This document shows, piece by piece, positions 56,415-64,000 of a stretch of DNA of 64,000 bases. The notes beneath the pieces were generated by a model that ran no database searches, was not told the DNA's origin, and saw only the letters and a program-made list of their open reading frames with translations. A program made the translations under genes and the position numbers. This DNA comes from an uncultured Pelagibacteraceae bacterium (GTDB taxonomy: Bacteria; Pseudomonadota; Alphaproteobacteria; Pelagibacterales; AG-422-B15): contig CACMLX010000003.1 in NCBI GenBank assembly GCA_902614655.1, positions 19,554 through 83,553 of the forward strand. Reading direction: 5' to 3'. Positions within the stretch are counted from its first letter, which is position 1. Each line of letters starts with the position of its first letter.

Positions 56415-58208
56415 CTATAGGTCACCTAATGCTATTCCCTCGCGACGTGGATCAGATCCACCCTCCAAATTATCTCCAATATAAATTGTATTTAATCCTG
56501 AAAAATATCTTTTTATTGTTGTATCATATCCCATAGCTGACAAACTTTCTTCAAGTCTTAAAGCATCCTGTGACTCTTCAATTTCGTATTTACCCCATCG
56601 ATTAATGGCATGTGGGAAAGAAACTGACTGTTGTACATTCATATCCCACTCTATAAGAGAAATTAAGGAGTTTGTTACAAACCCAATAATGTTACTACCT
56701 CCTGGGGATCCGGTTATGTATATTGGCTTTCCATTCTGAAGTACGATGGTAGGCGACATTGAGGACCTAGGACGCTTGCCTGGCTCTAATCTGTTTGAAA
56801 CTAATTTTCCATCAATTTTGTGCTTAAATGAAAAATCAGTAAGTTGATTGTTTAGCAAGAAACCACTTTTAGTGAATAGTCTGGAACCAAACGCGTTTTC
56901 AATTGAAGACGTCATCGATAGAGCATTTCCATATTTATCATATATTGAAATATGTGTTGTTGAATTTAGTTCTAGAGAATTATCATCACTGTAATCATGT
57001 GCAACACTGTCTGACGGATTACCAGGCTCAATTTTTTCTGTTCTTGAGCCCACTTTAATTTTATTTGATCTTAATCTTAAGTATTCATCATCAAGTAAGC
57101 CTGCAACTGGTACATTAACAAAATCACTATCAGCAAGGTATCTATCTCGATCAGCAAAAGCTAGACGACTTGCATCTCCGATCAATTGCCATGATAATGG
57201 GTTTTCATATCCAAGAGATTTTAAATCAAATTGCTCAACCAATTTTAAAGTCTGACCAACAGCTACTCCACCCGAGGATGGAGGCCCCATGCCACAAACT
57301 TCGTAATTTTTATACATTACACATGCAGGCTTTCTCTCGATAACTCTATAGTTTTTAAGATCAGTTTTACTTAGAAATCCAGGATTAATCTTATAATCTT
57401 GAACTGTACTAATAATATCATTTGCAATATTTCCGACATAGAAATCGTCAAGACCTTCATGCGCAATAGTTTGTAGTGTTTGAGCATAACTATTGTTTAC
57501 AACGATCTGTTTATGCAAGAGACCTTGATCGTTTGGAAAAAAATAATTTTTAGTCATTTCTACTTTTTTAAGTCTATCTTCATCACGTTTGATTGATGCC
57601 TCTAATTTTTTTGAAACAGAAAAACCATTTTTTGCAAGTTCGATAGCATCATTAAACAAAATTGACCAATCCATTTGTCCCCACTTATTATGTGCCTCTT
57701 TCATTAACGCAGGTGTTCCAGGTGTCCCAACTGATAGGCCCCCAATTACTGCATCAAAGAACTTCTTAGGATCACCACCAGTATTTTGAAATTGTGTTGT
57801 TTTTGACTTTTGTGGAGCTGTTTCTCTTCCATCTAAAGTGGTTACCATTTTAGTTTTGTTATCAAACCAAACTAGAAAACTGCCACCACCAAGACCAGAT
57901 GACTCGGGTTCAACGAGTCCCAAAACTGCTTGAGCTGCAATCATAGCATCTGCTGCCGTACCACCTAAACTTAAAATCTCAGCTCCTGCTTTTGATGCAT
58001 ATGCATTTGCTGTCACAATCATCCATTCCTTGCCAATAACAGGTTTACCATTTTTTTTAGCCTCAAGTGATTTAGTTATAAATTTAGAATCAAGTTCTAT
58101 TGAAGTGTCATCAAAAATTTCAGGATCAATTAATTCTGAGGAATCTTGAGAATATATATTTTGAGTAAGTAAAATTAGTAAAAAAAATGCAGAGAAAATA
58201 TTCTTCAT
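56415..58208 (-). CDS. ggt: Gamma-glutamyltranspeptidase
   Basis: 597 aa. Signal peptide, autoprocessing/nucleophile site NSTTHISI and C-terminal GGSDPRREG. Confidence 0.95.
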   Translation of the reverse strand: MKNIFSAFFLLILLTQNIYSQDSSELIDPEIFDDTSIELDSKFITKSLEAKKNGKPVIGKEWMIVTANAYASKAGAEILSLGGTAADAMIAAQAVLGLVEPESSGLGGGSFLVWFDNKTKMVTTLDGRETAPQKSKTTQFQNTGGDPKKFFDAVIGGLSVGTPGTPALMKEAHNKWGQMDWSILFNDAIELAKNGFSVSKKLEASIKRDEDRLKKVEMTKNYFFPNDQGLLHKQIVVNNSYAQTLQTIAHEGLDDFYVGNIANDIISTVQDYKINPGFLSKTDLKNYRVIERKPACVMYKNYEVCGMGPPSSGGVAVGQTLKLVEQFDLKSLGYENPLSWQLIGDASRLAFADRDRYLADSDFVNVPVAGLLDDEYLRLRSNKIKVGSRTEKIEPGNPSDSVAHDYSDDNSLELNSTTHISIYDKYGNALSMTSSIENAFGSRLFTKSGFLLNNQLTDFSFKHKIDGKLVSNRLEPGKRPRSSMSPTIVLQNGKPIYITGSPGGSNIIGFVTNSLISLIEWDMNVQQSVSFPHAINRWGKYEIEESQDALRLEESLSAMGYDTTIKRYFSGLNTIYIGDNLEGGSDPRREGIALGDL

Positions 58209-58227
58209 TTTATTATATTTTTCAAAA

Positions 58228-58989
58228 TTAATTTTTTACTCCATAGCCTTTTGAAATCACTATTGCTACGCCAATAATACAGGTTAGTAAAAAAGCAACA
58301 AGTGATATGACACTTATTAAAATACTTATATCCGATGAACCATAAAACGACCAACGCATGCCATTGATAAGATAAACAACTGGATTAAAATATGAAACTT
58401 TTTGCCAAAACTCAGGCAGCATTTCAATCGTGTAAAGACTTCCGCCTAAAAATACTAATGGGGTAATAATTATCAAAGGTACAACTTGAAGTTGTTCAAA
58501 ATTATTACTCAACAATCCAATAAGAAAGCCAAATAAACTAAATGTGAGGCACGTCAGAACAAGTAAGAAGAACATTAAAAAAGGATATTGAATTTTTAGT
58601 TCAACGAAGAAACTAGCAGTGAGCAAAATGATTATACCAACAATAAGTGATTTAGATGCACTGGCCCCAACAAATCCAATAATGATTTCAAGTGAAGAAA
58701 TTGGTGCAGCTAATACCTCATAGATTGAACCTGTAAACTTTGGGAAAAATATTCCAAAAGCTGAGTTTGATATACTTTGTGTTAAAAGCGTTAGCATTAG
58801 CAAGCCAGGTACAATAAAGGAACCATAGCTCACCCCGTCTAATTCTGGAATCATGCCCCCAATAACAGACCCAAAAACAATAAAATATAAAGACGTTGAG
58901 ATAACGGGCGAGAGAATACTTTGACCAATTGTCCTTCGCATTCTATCCATTTCGTGAAGATAGATAGCTCTGATAGCATAAAAATTCAT
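58228..58989 (-). CDS. ABC-2 type exporter permease
   Basis: 253 aa. 6 TM ABC-2 pattern. 1-nt overlap with the ATPase gene. Confidence 0.85.
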   Translation of the reverse strand: MNFYAIRAIYLHEMDRMRRTIGQSILSPVISTSLYFIVFGSVIGGMIPELDGVSYGSFIVPGLLMLTLLTQSISNSAFGIFFPKFTGSIYEVLAAPISSLEIIIGFVGASASKSLIVGIIILLTASFFVELKIQYPFLMFFLLVLTCLTFSLFGFLIGLLSNNFEQLQVVPLIIITPLVFLGGSLYTIEMLPEFWQKVSYFNPVVYLINGMRWSFYGSSDISILISVISLVAFLLTCIIGVAIVISKGYGVKN

Positions 58990-59912
58990 TAATTTTCCCT
59001 CACTAATTCGACAAAAATATTTTCTAATGAGCTTTGTTCTGTTTTTATATCCTTCAATCTCAATCCAGTTTCTTTCATATCTTGTAAAAGTGATGTAATT
59101 CCAGTTTGTTTACTTTTTGAGTCATAATTATAACTAAGAGATAATCCATCGTTCAAAATAGTAAGATTATAATTTTTCAAATTTAAAGGCAGCGACTCAA
59201 CAGCATCATGTAAATCAATTAAAAGTGTTTTTTGTCCCATGCTTTGTACTAGGTCTGAGGTATTATCAACAACCAAAAGTTCACCTTTGTTTACAACAGC
59301 AACTCGGTCAGCAATCGCTTCAGCTTCTTCTATGTAGTGGGTAGTGAGAATGACGGTAACACCGCTTTTTCTTAAGTCTTTAATCGTTTCCCACATTTCT
59401 TGTCTTAATTCAACATCCACACCTGCGCTTGGTTCATCTAGAAATAAAACCGAGGGCTCATGAGAAAGCGCTTTAGCAATTAACACTCTCCTTTTCATAC
59501 CTCCAGATAACTCATTAATTCTTGAGTTTCTTTTATCCCACAAACTTAAATCTTTTAAAATTTTTTCAATTAGAGACGGGTTTGGAGCCTTGCCATATAA
59601 CCCACGAGTATAAGAAACATTATTAAAGACATATTCAAACTGCTCCAAAGATAATTCTTGCGGAACTAAACCTATTTGTGATCTAGTTTTTCGGTAATCT
59701 TTTATTATATCAAAATCATCTACAGTTACTGAACCTGATGTTGGAATAACGATTCCACAAATAATACTAATCAACGTTGTTTTTCCAGCGCCATTTGGTC
59801 CAAGTAATGCAATAATTTCATTTTTTTTTATGTCCAGGCTAATATTCTTAAGTGCCTGAAAATCATTGTCATAAATTTTTGTTAAGTTTTTTATCGAGAC
59901 AATATTTTGCAT
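58989..59912 (-). CDS. ABC-2 type exporter ATPase
   Basis: 307 aa. Walker A GPNGAGKTT, signature LSGGMKRRVLIA, Walker B LFLDEPSAG. Confidence 0.95.
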   Translation of the reverse strand: MQNIVSIKNLTKIYDNDFQALKNISLDIKKNEIIALLGPNGAGKTTLISIICGIVIPTSGSVTVDDFDIIKDYRKTRSQIGLVPQELSLEQFEYVFNNVSYTRGLYGKAPNPSLIEKILKDLSLWDKRNSRINELSGGMKRRVLIAKALSHEPSVLFLDEPSAGVDVELRQEMWETIKDLRKSGVTVILTTHYIEEAEAIADRVAVVNKGELLVVDNTSDLVQSMGQKTLLIDLHDAVESLPLNLKNYNLTILNDGLSLSYNYDSKSKQTGITSLLQDMKETGLRLKDIKTEQSSLENIFVELVREN

Positions 59913-60202
59913 CGTTTCCTTATATCAGTAAAATTACATTTAAATAGTTTTTTATCTTTTTTTGAACATATTTCCATCCAATTAAGGCCTTGCTTTTTTC
60001 CTATTATTTATTCGAACATGAAGCAGTCCAAGATGAAACCTCAGTACATAAGAAGACAATCCTACAACGGTGAGTCAACTCTCGTGATTATACCTTCAAC
60101 CACAAAGCTTAAACTTTCTAGAACCCCTAAACTTTTATCAAGCTTTGTGATCGCGACAAGTTTTCTTGGCTTGATGTTTTTCTCCATTAGTGGCTAAAAT
60201 CC

Positions 60203-60230
60203 TTTCGGTACGGTTGTACTGGTACCGAAA
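60203..60230 (+). terminator. Stable hairpin (TTTCGGTAC-n10-GTACCGAAA), possible terminator of a small upstream ORF
   Basis: Read directly. 9-bp perfect stem 6 nt after the stop at 60197. The downstream T-run is displaced (attaaaaattttt), so terminator function is uncertain. Confidence 0.35.
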
Positions 60231-60332
60231 AGATTAAAAATTTTTCAGATCAATCCCTGAAGATGAAATATACAAGAAATAAATCCTTGTTGAAATTTTA
60301 AAAAAAACTTTTAATTTTTCAAATAGATTTTT

Positions 60333-60773
60333 ATGCGGACAGTTGTGCTTATAATAGTTACATTAATTATTGCTTTTTTTCTATATCAGGCTTTTAGCAA
60401 TCAATTGAGAAAAGAAGAAGTTGCTCAAGCTCAAAAGCCAATTCATCCTGAAACTATGGCCGCTTATCAAAATAATTGTGCTTCTTGTCACGGGGTTAAT
60501 TTACAAGGTCAAGAAGGTTGGCAAAATACTCTAGATGAAGATGGACATCGGCTAGCCCCACCATTAAATGGCACAGGCCACACGTGGCATCATTCCCCAG
60601 ATTACTTGTTTCAAGTTATTAAATATGGCTTTCCAAGTTTTGATCCTAATTATGAGGGAAAAATGCTTGGCAATGACAGCTTAAGTGAAGAAGAGGTTTG
60701 GCAGCTGATCACTTACATAAGACAAGAATGGCCAGCGCAAATACAAGATGTATATAACAGTAGATATGAGTAA
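60333..60773 (+). CDS. Membrane-anchored mono-haem c-type cytochrome
   Basis: 146 aa. N-terminal TM and haem-binding CASCHG. Confidence 0.8.
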   Translation: MRTVVLIIVTLIIAFFLYQAFSNQLRKEEVAQAQKPIHPETMAAYQNNCASCHGVNLQGQEGWQNTLDEDGHRLAPPLNGTGHTWHHSPDYLFQVIKYGFPSFDPNYEGKMLGNDSLSEEEVWQLITYIRQEWPAQIQDVYNSRYE

Positions 60774-60842
60774 TTGCTGTTAGCAGTCAAATTAGGATGT
60801 CGAAACGAATAAAAAGCAGAATTCACTTATATTAAATAATAT

Positions 60843-61106
60843 TTAATTTTTTTCATGTCTTAGTGTCTTAACGTCTTCCCTCTGTATCTGATCCAAAGCT
60901 TTGTGAATTCGTAAGTTGGAAGTGCTTCCATCAGCTTTACGGATTGTAATAATTGTTTCTTTTGGTGGGCAATTTGGTTCATGACAGCTTAGTTCAGCAA
61001 TGCTTACAGTAGTATCTTCGTTTAATCTAAATTTCTCTATGATTAGATTTTTTAAATTTTGAGTAGCACTTTTATTTGATTTTTTTTTCTGAAACATACC
61101 CTGCAT
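60843..61106 (-). CDS. Small conserved hypothetical protein
   Basis: 87 aa. Abuts the WD40 gene (1-nt gap). Contains a Cys pair in LSCHEPNCPP. I recognise no family. Confidence 0.4.
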   Translation of the reverse strand: MQGMFQKKKSNKSATQNLKNLIIEKFRLNEDTTVSIAELSCHEPNCPPKETIITIRKADGSTSNLRIHKALDQIQREDVKTLRHEKN

Positions 61107-61107
61107 T

Positions 61108-62127
61108 TTACTGCTCCCAAAGAGGTGACCATAAAATTTGGCCTTTTGAGTCTCCGACTAATATATGTGATCGATCGGGTGAAATACTAATATTTGATAC
61201 TTCTGATCCTGTAGGATTTTGAATGAGGACGTCATTTGGATGTTCTGATAATTCTGAGAGAAGAACCATGCCATTTCGAAATCCAGCAAAAACTGCTTTC
61301 TCCCCAGGCAATGACTCAACAAAAGTTGCATTTTGTTGACCACCACTTGCAATGCAAAGGGGCTTACGTCCTTTTGGACCTTCCTTACCATCGAATGGCC
61401 AGCATATAGCTTCTTTTGCACCCGCTGTTACTAGATAAGGGTTGTCTCCAGCCCATGTAAAACTTTTTACTTTTGACGGGTAACCTGACATTGCAAAACT
61501 TGCTTTATCTCGAATTCGCCAAGCATGAAGCTCATTTTCTTGCATTGTTGTCACTAGATACTTACCATCTGGACTAAACCCAACTTTGCCATGTGAACCT
61601 TTCCAAGCAAATTTTGATGATTTCCATTTGTTTTTTTCTAATCTCCACAAAGTTACTCCTCCATAACATGAGACAGCAATTCTCCTTCCATTTTGATCAA
61701 TTGCGATACCACCTATCGTACTTTGATGCTCTAGTATTTTTGGCTTATCATTTTCATCTGACCAGATGTAGACATTTTTTCCAGATGAACATAAAACCAT
61801 ACTTTCATATGCTGCTACATTATCTACCCAACGCGTTCCAAAATTGTAAATTTCCTCGACCTCAGCATTTGTCGATATTTTTAAAAAACGACCATCTTGC
61901 CCGCCTGTTATGACCCCATCATTACTTGAAGCTATGCTTAGTATTGCGCCAGAGTGAGCTTGAACTTCTAAGGGATCATTGTCTGGCCAAAAAAACCTAA
62001 TTGATCCGTCTCCAAATCCAACTGCAACAGCATTCTCTATTGAAACTGCACCTGTAACAGGAGCGCCTGTTTCAAAGACCTTTCCATTTTCTTCAAAGCG
62101 GGATTTTATTACAGATTCGTTATTCAT
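61108..62127 (-). CDS. WD40/beta-propeller repeat protein
   Basis: 339 aa. Repeated units such as GAILSIASS..DG, GGIAIDQNGRRIA, GFSPDGKYLVT and ISISPDRSHILVGDSKG. Confidence 0.7.
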   Translation of the reverse strand: MNNESVIKSRFEENGKVFETGAPVTGAVSIENAVAVGFGDGSIRFFWPDNDPLEVQAHSGAILSIASSNDGVITGGQDGRFLKISTNAEVEEIYNFGTRWVDNVAAYESMVLCSSGKNVYIWSDENDKPKILEHQSTIGGIAIDQNGRRIAVSCYGGVTLWRLEKNKWKSSKFAWKGSHGKVGFSPDGKYLVTTMQENELHAWRIRDKASFAMSGYPSKVKSFTWAGDNPYLVTAGAKEAICWPFDGKEGPKGRKPLCIASGGQQNATFVESLPGEKAVFAGFRNGMVLLSELSEHPNDVLIQNPTGSEVSNISISPDRSHILVGDSKGQILWSPLWEQ

Positions 62128-62138
62128 CTAAAGTAGAA

Positions 62139-63113
62139 CTAATCTGATTTACAACTTTCGAAGCCCTCTTTCAAATTCATTGTCTCTAATTTGCGACCAA
62201 TAAATACAACCCGGGAATTTCGAATACTTTTCTCAGGCCATGGACCCATAGGAGATGCATCCATGAGCATATGAACTCCTTGAAATACGTAGCGATCTTT
62301 TTCATTCTTAAAATCAAGAATGCCCTTTGACCTAAGAATATTTTGACCATGCGTCTGTAATAGGTTTCCAAACCACTTCTCAAATTTTTCTAAGTCAAGC
62401 GGAGTGTCAGAAACAAAAGAAACACTGGTTACATCGTCATCATGTTCATGATCATGATCAGAGTCCAAAAAATCAGGTTCAACCTCTAAGACGCGATCAA
62501 GACTAAAAGCATTAAGACCAAGAATTTCTTCAAGAGGTGCAGCGCATCTATTTGTTTCAATAATTTTTGTATAAGGATTAATTTTTCTAATACGATCCTT
62601 AACGCCGGTAATCTGACTTTGATCAACTAAATCAATCTTATTGAGCAGTACTACATCTGCAAAAGCGATCTGCTCTTCTGCCTCATGATGTTCTCCAAGT
62701 TGAGTGCTAAGGTGGACAGCATCTGCGACAGTGACAATAGCGTCTAATTTAGTTCGGTCTGCAACATCTTGATCGACAAAAAATGTTTGAGCTACAGGTG
62801 CAGGGTCAGCAAGTCCAGTTGTCTCTACAATTATTGCATCCAGCTGATCTGCACGCTTCATCAGACCTCCAAGTATACGTATTAAATCACCCCTAACTGT
62901 GCAACAAATACATCCATTGTTCATTTCAAAAACTTCTTCATCAGCATCAACTACGAGATCATTGTCTATTCCTTGCTCACCAAACTCATTAACAATTACA
63001 GCATAACGACGACCGTGTTGCTCAGTTAAAATACGATTTAATAAAGTAGTTTTACCTGCTCCTAAAAAACCTGTTAATACAGTGACTGGTACTTGCGATG
63101 AACTATTTTCCAT
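62139..63113 (-). CDS. COG0523 (CobW/ZigA/YeiR-type) metallochaperone GTPase
   Basis: 324 aa. Walker A GFLGAGKTT, metal-binding GCICCTVRGDL, His/Asp-rich linker DSDHDHEHDDD and a CobW C-terminal domain. Confidence 0.9.
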   Translation of the reverse strand: MENSSSQVPVTVLTGFLGAGKTTLLNRILTEQHGRRYAVIVNEFGEQGIDNDLVVDADEEVFEMNNGCICCTVRGDLIRILGGLMKRADQLDAIIVETTGLADPAPVAQTFFVDQDVADRTKLDAIVTVADAVHLSTQLGEHHEAEEQIAFADVVLLNKIDLVDQSQITGVKDRIRKINPYTKIIETNRCAAPLEEILGLNAFSLDRVLEVEPDFLDSDHDHEHDDDVTSVSFVSDTPLDLEKFEKWFGNLLQTHGQNILRSKGILDFKNEKDRYVFQGVHMLMDASPMGPWPEKSIRNSRVVFIGRKLETMNLKEGFESCKSD

Positions 63114-63175
63114 ATTTTACAAAATTAGTTTTTTTTAAACATACCTTGTAATTAAAAAAAAAGCATTATACAAGT

Positions 63176-63190
63176 TGTTATATTATAACA
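63176..63190. promoter_or_regulatory. Zur box: perfect palindrome TGTTATA-T-TATAACA
   Basis: Read directly in the 93-bp divergent gap between the COG0523 gene and the DUF1636 gene. It matches the core of the enterobacterial Zur consensus (TGTTATAwTATAACA). Confidence 0.7.
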
Positions 63191-63206
63191 TTAAATTTAG
63201 CAATTT

Positions 63207-63614
63207 ATGAGCAACACTAAACCTGTTTTATCGATCTGTTTAACTTGTAGAGATGGACGAGAAGAAAAATATAATTCTCGAGGAGGCGAGCGCTTTGCAA
63301 AAAAAATTGTGAACAGTTTCAAAAGACAAGATGACGTTATCATCAGAGGTGTAAATTGTATGAGTTGCTGCAAGCGGTCTTGTGCAATCTCTCTGTCTGC
63401 CGATAAGCGTTTTACTTACGTTTTTGGAGATATAGACCCAAAAAAACCATTATATATTTCATCTCTAAAAAAGTTAGTATCATCGTATACAAAAGCTAAA
63501 GATGGGTTTCTCAGAAGAAGAGATAGGCCAAGGAACTATCAATCAAATATTATTGGAAGGTTCCCACCTCTTGATTATAAATCAGATATAATTGAGTACT
63601 TTAAGGATAAGTAA
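63207..63614 (+). CDS. DUF1636-like Cys-rich metal-binding protein
   Basis: 135 aa. Contains CLTCRDG and CMSCCKRSCA. From memory this family is commonly adjacent to cobW-like genes in alphaproteobacteria. Confidence 0.65.
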   Translation: MSNTKPVLSICLTCRDGREEKYNSRGGERFAKKIVNSFKRQDDVIIRGVNCMSCCKRSCAISLSADKRFTYVFGDIDPKKPLYISSLKKLVSSYTKAKDGFLRRRDRPRNYQSNIIGRFPPLDYKSDIIEYFKDK

Positions 63615-63630
63615 ATAGACTCGTAAAATC

Positions 63631-64000
63631 CTACCAATCAAAGAATCCGTGAACCCCTGTTTCACCACGATAATATTCGATATTGTTCGCAGCTAATTCA
63701 TAGCCTACGATTGCAAGGTCTTCAATATTTTGATTTTCAATTTTAATTTTTCCAGTTACGTAAACAGGTTCCCACCAGGCTAGACCTTCCCAAGGATTCT
63801 CCGCTTCCACATAAACGATTTGATTAGGCGCTGGTGGAGGGACATGAATGCATGCTCCAATGTATGGAACTAACAAAAAGGTGTTAATACCTCGGCCGTA
63901 CATATCCAATGGCAAAACATATCCAGGGATCTTAACTTCCTTATCTTCGAGATTTTTATTAAACTTTACCTCGCCGGGGCTAAAAACAGATGTCCATGGT
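63631..64000 (-). CDS. DUF3299-like protein, C-terminal part (gene runs off window end)
   Basis: The track starts it at a TTG (63915), but the frame stays open to 64000 (..PWTSVFSPGEVKFNKNLEDKEVKIPGYVLPLDMYGRGINTFLLVPYIGACIHVPPPAPNQ), typical of DUF3299. Confidence 0.65.
   Translation of the reverse strand, partial: PWTSVFSPGEVKFNKNLEDKEVKIPGYVLPLDMYGRGINTFLLVPYIGACIHVPPPAPNQIVYVEAENPWEGLAWWEPVYVTGKIKIENQNIEDLAIVGYELAANNIEYYRGETGVHGFFDW

Noticed and set aside
59907-60017. N-terminal part of the 96-aa track ORF 59907-60197
   Set aside because: The start overlaps the divergent ABC ATPase start region and the first 37 codons are low-complexity. Only the distal 59 codons are kept, as a low-confidence observation.
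1-64000. CRISPR arrays, IS elements, integrases, prophage or defence-system genes, rRNA
   Set aside because: I found no regularly spaced direct repeats, no transposase, recombinase or phage-like ORFs, and no rRNA-like sequence in the ORF translations or intergenic regions. My scan was visual, so short dispersed repeats could have been missed.

Overview
Visibly AT-rich, densely coding bacterial chromosome segment with short intergenic gaps and many stop/start overlaps. Composition and gene content resemble a streamlined marine alphaproteobacterium (SAR11/Pelagibacterales-like); that taxonomic call is inference only. I support about 62 protein genes and no rRNA, CRISPR array, transposase or integrase. 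Left to right: (1) a beta-oxidation-like block (1.4-9.9 kb); (2) a glycoside uptake and use block with GH1, galactokinase and a GPH symporter (10.6-15.4 kb); (3) assorted redox and hydrolase genes plus a sulfatase/MBL/DJ-1 block under a TetR regulator (16-23 kb); (4) an NMO/GST/DsbA-like detoxification block (23-27.5 kb); (5) a PotABCD-like ABC importer with an aldehyde dehydrogenase and a glutamine-synthetase-like ligase (27.5-35.5 kb); (6) the most unusual region (35.6-51 kb), described below; (7) a non-canonical tRNA-Thr-like element and recombination scars bracketing a complete ureDABCEFG urease cluster, with a decapitated urtA remnant (51-56.4 kb); (8) ggt, an ABC-2 exporter and a cytochrome c; (9) a COG0523/WD40/DUF1636/DUF3299 cluster behind a perfect Zur-box palindrome (60.8-64 kb). 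In region (6), a TolC-like lipoprotein carries cadherin-like, coiled-coil and SPOR-like C-terminal domains. It is divergent from a 2361-aa non-RTX VCBS/cadherin-repeat giant protein. That gene is tightly coupled to three membrane-fusion-type genes, one with a GAF-like sensor and one fused to an intact M50 site-2 protease, and no ABC ATPase is present. My top candidate for an undescribed system is this ABC-less OMP / triple-MFP / S2P module around the giant adhesin. All family assignments come from motif recognition by eye, not from database searches.
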